Source: an uncultured Rikenellaceae bacterium
Lineage (GTDB): Bacteria > Bacteroidota > Bacteroidia > Bacteroidales > VadinHA17
DNA length: 64,000 nucleotides
Direction of reading: 5' to 3'
NCBI GenBank assembly: GCA_964599235.1
Contig: CAZRDX010000031.1
Location: 8,385-72,384 of the forward strand
The notes below the pieces were generated by a model that was not told the origin of the DNA, did not search any database, and was given only the letters and a program-made list of their open reading frames with translations. Shown one piece after another: positions 46,401 to 54,300 of the stretch (position 1 is its first letter; every line of letters begins with the position of its first letter). The translations under genes and the position numbers were made by a program.

Positions 46401-46837
46401 GTCCCCTGAACAGTGACAGCCTGCTGGACGGATTTACCTATCCCTGTTTTCAGGGAACCGATCTGTTCCCTTGTGGAAAGGACGATTTGCCGGTCACTGA
46501 CCACATAATCCACGTTCGTATGGGCAAAGATCTCGTTCAGGGCATCGTAAATGTCCTTATCTTTCAGGGCTACCGTCACCCGCCGGTTCACATCGATCAT
46601 ACGGGGACTGTAAAGAAAATAGAACTCTGTCTTTTCCTCTATCTGGCTGAGCGCCTGTTCCACAGTCACATCCCTGAGATCAAGCGTCAGACGAACTCGC
46701 TGTGAATAGGACTCACCAGCCCACAACTGAAGAACGGAAAAAAGAAAGAGGAACAAACTCAATCTCATGATCCTGAAGGTTTGTGAAGAAACAAAACATT
46801 TCTTCCGTTTTCCTGAATAGGTTGGTACTTTTTTCAT
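43439..46837 (-). CDS. SusC/RagA family TonB-linked outer membrane transporter with N-terminal STN signalling domain
   Basis: ATG at 46837 (alternative Met at 46768). STN-type segment LTLDLRDVTVEQALSQIEEKTEFYFLYSPRMIDVNRRVTVALKDKDIYDALNEIF. CarboxypepD_reg-like VQGTVTDESGNPLPGVTIYVKGTTQGTITDSEGKYTI. Plug and barrel, with C-terminal ...VIVGIKAIF. Confidence 0.92.
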   Translation of the reverse strand: MKKVPTYSGKRKKCFVSSQTFRIMRLSLFLFLFSVLQLWAGESYSQRVRLTLDLRDVTVEQALSQIEEKTEFYFLYSPRMIDVNRRVTVALKDKDIYDALNEIFAHTNVDYVVSDRQIVLSTREQIGSLKTGIGKSVQQAVTVQGTVTDESGNPLPGVTIYVKGTTQGTITDSEGKYTITVPPDATLVFSFVGMKEQEIPVAGRTTIDVVMQQEVLSLDEVVTIGYGTTIKKDLTGAVSTVKTSDMENMPFSNPMKALQGRVAGLSVVSNSGRPGAGNTITIRGIQSIRGTNSPIYVVDGVIMSSIDGLNQDDFESVSVLKDASAAAIYGARAANGVILVTTKRGKKGKAPTLSYNAYFGWQGTNNLQPKLLNGLQWINLYREAFETAGLVESQFPSEEFIEQNYGYRWDPNAPNGQGKGSYVPLDNAVNTDWYAALTRTGNVQRHDLSISGGSENSNYYFSTSYYYNKGMVLSTAYKKFNITFNSDHRIGKLFDFGNSLMISSSRTDGNHVNYALFMAKVPITRVYEDDGSWGVIRNTTMEHMHPNPVWRAEACVPDYNKGTSVRGNVYLTLHILKDLDFTARGNISRSFGNTVTFTAATNPAWNWEGSTINSIQKSRSESQWWSTDLLLNYEHNFNDLHRIKLMAGYSAEENVFESLSGGREGTPNNDIPYLGAGDPNTQTNDDSYNDWAFISQFARLHYSFKDKYLVTGTIRRDGSSRLAAGHRYGVFPSVSAAWRLSNEGFMQGVGWVNDLKVRASYGSLGNVLSLSTYGTVATLNQVKLVVNQSPFAGYTLMRAINSDLKWEVTDKLDVGVDGTLLHNSLYFTFDYFREITHDLLFSLALPYTTGYGSTFPYVSGSPTINAGEVKNTGIEMMLGWRKTAGDWHFDVSANLTHVKNEVVDLAGQNLETQGLKEGYPVRSFYGYTSDGLILDEEQKTGQWKGKDIGDIHLVDMDGDSVITPKDRGIIGRRYPRFYYGVVGKVNYRGFSFQIQLNGVQDVDKYVANHAYNYFYSWAKNDVADLLNRYHPTRNPNGTLPRLDKKNSGKNDQVSTFWLRDASYLRIQTISLSYSFRDMLKEVNAVKDLNLYVSAENLYTFTKFPLAEVDTRRDPLIGIPLPRTVIVGIKAIF

Positions 46838-46926
46838 AATTTTGTAATGTTTTGGGGTTTTTTACAAAAGCCTTGAAAACTGACTCCTTGGCGCGGTAAC
46901 CGTGGCACCGGGGTCAGTGATACCAT

Positions 46927-46965
46927 GCAGGGCAGGAAAAGTGGCCGCTTTCCCTGCCCTTTTTT
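46927..46965 (+). terminator. Intrinsic-terminator-like hairpin oriented on the plus strand, antisense to the flanking genes
   Basis: GGGCAGGAAAA (46929-46939) pairs with TTTCCCTGCCC (46948-46958) with one mismatch, followed by TTTTTT on the plus strand. Read on the minus strand, the U-tract is absent. Confidence 0.3.
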
Positions 46966-47033
46966 CATCTCAAGGGACGGGGTCTTTTCTCATAGGCATT
47001 CGTTTTTTGGGGTTAACAAAAGGGTTATCTCAT

Positions 47034-48119
47034 TCATATTGCCTTTTTTCTCTTCGCACGCGAGTAAGTAATGATCACCTTCCCTCGGGTGAAAGAGCCG
47101 TCCGGAAGTTTTTTCCTGGGAATGATGGTGTAATCGATCGGAGTAGCGATCTTGAGCAGATCGAGCACCTGGACCAGTGACTCGTCCACAAATGTAGCGG
47201 TATAAGTAAAATCATGCAGACGAGGATCTTCTACCTCGATATCCACGTTGTACCAGCGGCTCAGTCGTCTGATCACATCGTCGAGGGGATCGTTGCGAAA
47301 GATCAGACGTCCTTCCGTCCATGAGATGTATTTATCCGGATCCTCCGTCACATAGTACAGTTTCTGCTGGCTTCGTCGGTACACCGCATGCTGACGGGGC
47401 TGCATCACCAGCAGGTTCTGTGTTCTCCGTCCCTCTCCCCTTTTGTTGATGAGCACCTTCCCCTCTTTGAGAGTGACCTCCAGATCCTCTTCTCCCGGAT
47501 AAGCCATCACATCGAAAGAGGTACCCACGGCCACGACCTCCAATCCTCCGGCATCGACCACAAAAGGTTGTCGTGTATTGTGGTGCACTTCAAAGTAGGC
47601 TTCACCTTCCAGCTCTACCCGCCGGATCTTCCCGTGAAAACGCAGCGGAAAACGCAACCGGCTGCCGTTGTTGAGCCATACATGGGAACCATCGGGCAGA
47701 TCCAGGTGAAGACGCGAGCCATAGGGTGCCACCACCTCAGTATAGACAACCGATCGTTCCCCCAATGTCCCGAAAATAAAAGAATAGAGATACATCGTAA
47801 CCAACAGCAAGGGAACGAACAAGACGGCAGCCACTTTCATGAGCACCCCCATCCGCCGACGCCATCCCCGACGCACAGGAGTATGCAGGGCACCAGTAAG
47901 GTTCATCTCGTGATGAATCCTGTCGAGAATGCGTTCATAGTCCACTACCTCAGACTCTGGCAGGTAATATCCTTTCTCCTCAAGGTCACGCCACAACTCT
48001 GAAAGCAGGAACTTCCCCTCCAACGTTCCGGAACGTTCCTCCATCCATCCCAACACTTCTTCCAGCTCCTCCGGAGTACACTCGTTGCGGACATATTTCT
48101 TCAACAATTCTATATCCAT
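47034..48119 (-). CDS. FecR family anti-sigma factor / transmembrane sensor
   Basis: The track start 48122 is GTG; the adjacent ATG at 48119 is used. N-terminal anti-sigma region (LLKKYVRNECTPEELEEVLGWMEE), a single TM helix (VAAVLFVPLLLVTMYLY), FecR domain, and C-terminal LIFRNDPLDDVIRRLSRWYNVDIEVED. Confidence 0.9.
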   Translation of the reverse strand: MDIELLKKYVRNECTPEELEEVLGWMEERSGTLEGKFLLSELWRDLEEKGYYLPESEVVDYERILDRIHHEMNLTGALHTPVRRGWRRRMGVLMKVAAVLFVPLLLVTMYLYSFIFGTLGERSVVYTEVVAPYGSRLHLDLPDGSHVWLNNGSRLRFPLRFHGKIRRVELEGEAYFEVHHNTRQPFVVDAGGLEVVAVGTSFDVMAYPGEEDLEVTLKEGKVLINKRGEGRRTQNLLVMQPRQHAVYRRSQQKLYYVTEDPDKYISWTEGRLIFRNDPLDDVIRRLSRWYNVDIEVEDPRLHDFTYTATFVDESLVQVLDLLKIATPIDYTIIPRKKLPDGSFTRGKVIITYSRAKRKKAI

Positions 48120-48541
48120 CACCTCTCTTTTTGCCTGAATTCCCGTATCACTCTCCGGCCCTGCACTTGCCGGTTTTACCTATTGGTCTCATTATGAATA
48201 CGCAGAAAGGATGGGTCACCACCACTCCCTACGGCATGATTTTATTTTGTTTGCTGATTTTCATAACATGACCCTCACGGGGGATGAGGGAAAGAGATCC
48301 CGCTCACGTGGGCAGGCCAGGGTTCCCTGCTTCACATGATATGCTCATGTACCGCAAAAATGAAACCGTATAGGTGATGGAAACACGTCCCGTCTGACAG
48401 ACCGAAAAGCACCGTTCGTTCCCTCCTCGTCTCCCGGTCTGTTCTTTTCGTTCCCCCTCTTCCTCCTTCTTTTCCGGGCCAGAAAGACAGGATCCTTTGC
48501 TTCTCAATCCGTATGCGGAAGGCCTTTCCATCTCCTTTCGG

Positions 48542-50146
48542 TTAATGATCGATGTACGCCGGATCGGGCAGCGTGTCACCGTACATCCGCCGCAGGCTGT
48601 CAAGCTGGTGTTTTAAGGTAACCGTCACCTGTGCATAGGCCGGATCGCCGTACAGGTTGTGCATCTCGTGGGGATCTTTCTGCAGGTCGAAAAGCTCCCA
48701 TTCGTCAAAATCATAATAGAAATGGATAAGCTTGTACCTGGAAGTACGGATACCGTAATGACGCCGGGTATCGTGTTCACAAGGAAACTCATAATAATGA
48801 TAGTACAGGGCCCGGCGCCAGGAGGTCTGTTCTTGTTGCAGGAGGGGTTTGAGGGAGAGACCCTGGATCTCCGGAGGCACAGCCACTCCCGCATAATCAA
48901 GGAAGGTAGGTGCCAGGTCGATGTTCTGCACCAATGCATCGATCCTTCCCCTTTTTTTGAAAGCCGGGTAACGCATGATCAGGGGGGTACGGAAAGATTC
49001 CTCGTACATGAATCTTTTATCGAACCACCCATGCTCCCCAAGGTAAAAGCCCTGATCGGAAGAATAGACCACAAGCGTGTTTCGGGCCAGTCCAGTGGAA
49101 TCGAGATAGTCGAGCAGGCGTCCCACCTCACTGTCGAGGGAGGCGACACACCTGAGATAATCGGTAAGGTAACGACGCAGTTTCCATACAGCCAGCTCAC
49201 GGCCGGTGAGCCGGGCGCGTTTGAAAGCCTCTGCCTGCGGGACATACTCACGCTCCCATGCTGCCCGCTGGGCCGGAGTAAGACGTTCCAGCATGCTTTC
49301 GATATACGGCCGGTAACGGGTCCTGATCTCCCCTTCGGGATCCACCATCTTGAGATCATAGGCCAGATCCATATCCCTGATGACGCTCATCTTCTGCTCA
49401 CGTGCCCCACGACGGCCGGCATAGTCGTCGAAATAGTTCTCCGGGAGAGGGAACTGCTCCCCACGGAAGAGTCCGAACGTGACGGTGTCCGGCATCCAGG
49501 GCCGGTGCGGTGCTTTCTCGTGAACCATCAGCAGAAAAGGACGGGAGGTATCCCGCCGGGCCAGCCACTTCAGGGCAAAATCGGTGATAAGATGGGTCAC
49601 ATACCCCTCATGCCGCCGACGTGTACCCATCTCGATGAAATCAGGATTGTAATACTGGCCCTGCCCCGGCAGGATGTTCCAGTAATCAAATCCTGTCGGC
49701 CGGCTTTTCAGATGCCATTTTCCGATCATGGCCGTCTGGTAGCCGGCTTGCTGCAACAGCTTGGGAAAAGTCATCTGCGACCCGTCGAAATCGTTGTGCC
49801 CCCCACGGTTGATGTATAACCCGTTCTTGTTGCTGAACTTGCCGGTCAGCAGAGCAGCCCGGCTGGGGGAGCAGAGCGAGTTGGTGACAAAAGCCCGCGT
49901 GAAAAGCACCCCCTCCTCCGCAATACGGTCGAGATGAGGCGTCTTTATGAGATCCCCGCCGTAACAGCTCATCGCCTGATAACCATGATCGTCCGACATG
50001 ATATAGAGAATGTTGGGCGGACGACCCGCCCTGCCGGACGTCGAGCCGGAACGTTGTTCGCAGGAGGTCAACAACGGAAAAACAAAAAACAACGAAAGGA
50101 AAAAAGCCATCCTTTTTCTTTGAGACCAAAGAATCGAGGTTTTCAT
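48542..50146 (-). CDS. Sulfatase (S1 formylglycine-dependent family)
   Basis: ATG 50146 (MKTSILWSQRKRMAFFLSLFFVFPLLTSC lipobox) is preferred over the GTG at 50197. Motifs NILYIMSDDHG, CSPSRAALLTGK (CxPxR FGly site), GKWHL. Confidence 0.9.
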   Translation of the reverse strand: MKTSILWSQRKRMAFFLSLFFVFPLLTSCEQRSGSTSGRAGRPPNILYIMSDDHGYQAMSCYGGDLIKTPHLDRIAEEGVLFTRAFVTNSLCSPSRAALLTGKFSNKNGLYINRGGHNDFDGSQMTFPKLLQQAGYQTAMIGKWHLKSRPTGFDYWNILPGQGQYYNPDFIEMGTRRRHEGYVTHLITDFALKWLARRDTSRPFLLMVHEKAPHRPWMPDTVTFGLFRGEQFPLPENYFDDYAGRRGAREQKMSVIRDMDLAYDLKMVDPEGEIRTRYRPYIESMLERLTPAQRAAWEREYVPQAEAFKRARLTGRELAVWKLRRYLTDYLRCVASLDSEVGRLLDYLDSTGLARNTLVVYSSDQGFYLGEHGWFDKRFMYEESFRTPLIMRYPAFKKRGRIDALVQNIDLAPTFLDYAGVAVPPEIQGLSLKPLLQQEQTSWRRALYYHYYEFPCEHDTRRHYGIRTSRYKLIHFYYDFDEWELFDLQKDPHEMHNLYGDPAYAQVTVTLKHQLDSLRRMYGDTLPDPAYIDH

Positions 50147-50193
50147 CAGGGCAGTTTTTTGGTTGACGAAAGGTACAAAATCCCGGATGAGGT

Positions 50194-51342
50194 TCACAAC
50201 AAAAAGAAGGCTCCTTCGGCCAGGACCTGACGGTTACCGATCTCTGAAGGGTCCATGATCTCGATCCTGCCGTTTTCCATGCGGCCTGTCTTCACCGTGA
50301 CCTTCCGGAAAACGTAGGAGCTGTCGTTTTCGGAGTACAGGACCAGCACCACCTTCCTTTCCCCTTCTTCCACGACGGCCTTGGCAGGCAAGTAAGGGGA
50401 GACGGCGCGTCCTGTCAGGATATCGGCTTCCACGTACATCCCGTCCATGACCGGCAGTGCCGGTTCCTGCAGGCGGGCATATGCTTTCACGGTACGGTCG
50501 GCTGCATCGATGCTGCGTGTCAGACGGTAGATCGTAGCGCGGCATTTTCTGAGGTCCACTCCCGGACGGTGGAAGATCACCTCCTGACCGTTCCTCACCT
50601 TCAGTACGTCGTTCTCGAAGATGTTGAGTTCGAGGTGGACGGCATCGGGGTCAATGATCCGGGCGACGACATCTTCGCTGGAGACATAGTCTCCCACCAC
50701 GGCATTCACTTTTTCCACCACGCCGCTGATAGGAGAGGTCAGGGCCACCACGGAGGTGAACCGTCCCTGTTCCGCGCGTTCGGGGGAGAGTCCCAGCAGG
50801 CGGAGCTGTTCCCGCAGAGCGTTGTAGCGTGCCAGGGCGGTGGTATGGTCGCTGCGTACCTTCTGCAACTGTTTGCGGGAGGCTATGTTCTCCTTCGAGA
50901 GTTCCTCCTGGCGACGGAACTCCTGCTCGAGGTATTCCAGACGGGCCTTGGCCTCGAGGTAGTCCTGCTGGAGGGTGATGTACGCGGGGTTGACCAGTGT
51001 CACCAGCACCTCACCTTTTCTGACACGGTCGCCGGGGAGCGCTCTCACCTCCCTGACAAACCCCCCGCTATAGGGACTGATGGCCGCGCGATGGCCCGGC
51101 ACCACACGTACATAACCGTTGGCATGTACCATCACATAAAACTCCGCCGTGTCGATACGGGCCAGGGTCATCCCGCCGCTGTCGAACTGCTCACGGCTCA
51201 GCACCACCTCCGACGAGGCGGCGGGGCCGGTCTCCTCCTCGCCCTCCGGTGAGGTGCTGCCGCCGCAGGAAAGAAAGAACAACGACATCAGGCCCGTGCC
51301 CGTCAGGAAAAGATATCTTCTCATCATCTGCTTCTTTTTCAT
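50194..51342 (-). CDS. Efflux RND transporter periplasmic adaptor (membrane fusion protein, CzcB/CusB-like)
   Basis: ATG at 51342 overlaps the stop of the upstream ORF (ATGA). Lipobox LFFLSCGG. Coiled-coil hairpin LQQDYLEAKARLEYLEQEFRRQEELSKENIASRKQLQKVRSDHTTALARYNALREQLRLLG. Beta-barrel domains. Confidence 0.9.
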   Translation of the reverse strand: MKKKQMMRRYLFLTGTGLMSLFFLSCGGSTSPEGEEETGPAASSEVVLSREQFDSGGMTLARIDTAEFYVMVHANGYVRVVPGHRAAISPYSGGFVREVRALPGDRVRKGEVLVTLVNPAYITLQQDYLEAKARLEYLEQEFRRQEELSKENIASRKQLQKVRSDHTTALARYNALREQLRLLGLSPERAEQGRFTSVVALTSPISGVVEKVNAVVGDYVSSEDVVARIIDPDAVHLELNIFENDVLKVRNGQEVIFHRPGVDLRKCRATIYRLTRSIDAADRTVKAYARLQEPALPVMDGMYVEADILTGRAVSPYLPAKAVVEEGERKVVLVLYSENDSSYVFRKVTVKTGRMENGRIEIMDPSEIGNRQVLAEGAFFLL

Positions 51343-54300
51343 AGGTCAAGATATTGTAGTTCGAGGACCGTCCGGTCGTACCGGTAAAGATTGTCCAGGT
51401 GGTCCAGCTCGATGGTGGTGGCGTTGCGCACCGTCATGATGTATCGGAAGAGGTCGATCTCGCCTTTCTGATAGCTGAGGGTGGCCGAGCGCACCAACTG
51501 GCGGGACAGCTCCTTACCGTGCCGGTCGTAGTATTGCAGTGCCTCTTCATATTTCCTCAGCTCGTCCATCAGTTTGTTCTTTTTGCTTTCGAGCTGGCGG
51601 CGGTACCAGGCGGCCCGGTTGCCGGCGGCGTCGCTGGCCAGGCGTGCCGAACGTATGCGCGAGCGCTGTGCACCGAACCATACTGGGACGGCCACCCCCA
51701 CCGTGAAGCCCGGATAGGTGCGTGCCCCGGCATACCGGTTGGTGCCCTGGAAATATTCGAGCTGCAGGTCGGGCAGCAGCTTGTTCTTCTCCAGTCGTCC
51801 CTGCGCCTGAGCGGCCTGTAATAGATAGTCATGGTAGAGGATGCCCGGATGGAGCGTGGTGTCCTGCGGCAGGCCGTAACGCACCAGACGACGCTCCACC
51901 ACGGTGATGGCGGTATCCACGCCCATGAGGGCCCTCAGCTCCTTGTAGGCCGCAGCGACCTCTTCCTGTAACTGCAGGATCGAGGTCTTCATCTTCTGCG
52001 CCATCGAGACGGCATTGAGCTTGTCGAGGTAATTGTTCCCGCCCAGCTCGTAGTTCTTCTCCGTTGCCTGCACCATCAGGTCGTTGAGGCTGTCCAGGAA
52101 ACGGTACACTTCGTACTTGTTCTGCAGGTAGACCACGGTCAGGTAGGCCTCGGAGACCTCCCGCATCAGTCGTCTTTTCTTCAGCTCGTACTCTGCCCCG
52201 GCCATTTGTGCCTGGTAGCGGTTCACTTTTTTCCTGCTGCTGTAGACGGTGGGGAAGGCCAGCTCCTGCTGGATGCCCCACACCTTGATGGGATAGCCGT
52301 TGTCGGCCACATTGTTCTCATCGTAGTTGTAGTAGATGCTGGTCTTGCCGATGTCTACGGCGCTGTTGACGAGCATCTGTGTGCCGGCGGCGCGCAGCGA
52401 GTCGGCCTGCAGGGCGCGGTTGTGCCGAAGGGCCGTCTCGATGGCCGTGGTCCTGTCGACGGGCAGCGTCTGTGCCTGTCCGGGCCACGGCAGGAGGAAC
52501 AGCAGCAGCACCACCAGGAGACCGCGGGCACGCCGCCGCCGTTTCCTGTTCTCCATCATTCGGTCGTAGATGGCATAGAAGACCGGCAGCACCACCATCG
52601 TCAGGAACGTGGAGGTGACCAGGCCGCCGATGACCACGGTGGCCAGGGGACGCTGCACCTCGGCCCCGGCCGAGGTGGAGACGGCCATGGGCAGGAAACC
52701 CAGGGCGGCCGCCGAGGCGGTCAGCATCACCGGCCGCAGCCGGTCGGTCGTGCCCTTGATAATCAGTTCGTTGATGTCTTTCATGCCTTTCTCCTTGAGC
52801 TCCTTGAAATATTCGATCAGGACGATGCCGTTGAGCACCGCGATGCCGAAGAGGGCGATGAAGCCGATGCCTGCCGAGACGCTGAAAGGCATCCCCCGCA
52901 TCCACAGCAAGAGGATCCCCCCGATGGAGGCCAGCGGGATGGCCGTGTAGATCATGGCTGCCTCCAGGATCGACCGGAAAGCGAAATGGAGCAGGATGAA
53001 GATCAGCAGCAGCGACACCGGCACCGCAATGGCCAGACGTTTCTTGGCGCTGCGCAGGTTATCGAACTGTCCGCCGTAGTCGATGTAATACCCCGGCGGG
53101 AGGGTGACCTTCTCCTCGATGAGGCGCTGCACATCCTTCACCACCGACTCCAGGTCGCGGTTCCGCACGTTGATGCCCACCACGATGCGTCGTTTGGTGG
53201 CATCGCGCGAGATCTTGGCCGGTCCTTTCGTGTAGCGTATGTCGGCCAGCTCGGTGAGGGGCACCATCTTGCCGTTGGCGACGGGCACATAGAGACGTTC
53301 CAGGTTATGGATGTCTTTGCGGAAACGATCCTGCAGCCGCACCACAAGGTCGAAACGTTTCTCGCCCTCGAACACGTTGCCGGTGACCAGGCCGGCAAAG
53401 GCCAGCGAGACCATGTCGTTGAGCTCCTTGACACTCACGCCGTACTCGGCCAGCTTGCGGCGGTCGTAGCGCACGCTCATCTGGGGCAGCCCCTCCACCT
53501 TCTCCACCGTGACGTCGGAAGCTCCCTCGACGTTCCTGACCAGGCGGCTGATCTCTTTGGCCTTGCGGCTGAGGATGCCTAGGTCCTCGCCGTAGATCTT
53601 CACCGCCACATCGGCCCGCACACCCGTGATCAGCTCGTTGAAACGCATCTCGATGGGCTGGGTGAATTCATAATCCACGCCGGGGATGACCATCAGCGCC
53701 TCCTTGAACTTGTCGGCCAGGCCGTCCTTGGTCCGGGCGGTGACCCAGTATTTTTTGGGTTTCAGCTTGATGATCACATCCACCTCCTCCATAGACATCG
53801 GGTCGGTGGGTACCTCGGCCGCCCCGATGCGGCTGACCACCTGGTCGACCTCGGGAAATTTCTTGAGGATCTTCTCGATGCGTGTCACCAGTTCGATGGT
53901 CTTCGTCAGGGAGGTACCTGTCTTGAATACCGGCTGGATAACGAAATCGCCCTCGTCGAGGGTGGGCACGAACTCGCCGCCCATCCTGCTGAAGATACCC
54001 AGCGAGATGAGCAGCATCAGCGAGGCGACGACGATCACCAGAGTCTTGTGTCCCAGCGCATAGCGGATGGTAGGAAGGTACATCCGCTTGAGGCCGTTCA
54101 TCAGACGGGTGGAGATGTTGCGTTTTTCCTGTTGAGGTTTCAGGAAGAGCGAGGCCATCACCGGCACATAGGTGAGCCCCATGATCATCGCCCCGATGAT
54201 GGCAAAGGAGAAGGTCAGCGCCATGGGACGGAACATCTTGCCCTCTACACCCGAGAGCGAGAGGATGGGGATGAAGACGATCAGGATGATCACCTGCCCG

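Noticed and set aside
50146-50197. GTG start at 50197 for the sulfatase, giving a GTGA overlap with the adaptor stop
   Set aside because: ATG 50146 yields a standard lipoprotein signal (MKTSILWSQRKRMAFFLSLFFVFPLLTSC), while the extra 17 residues have no signal-peptide logic. I cannot fully exclude it without expression data.
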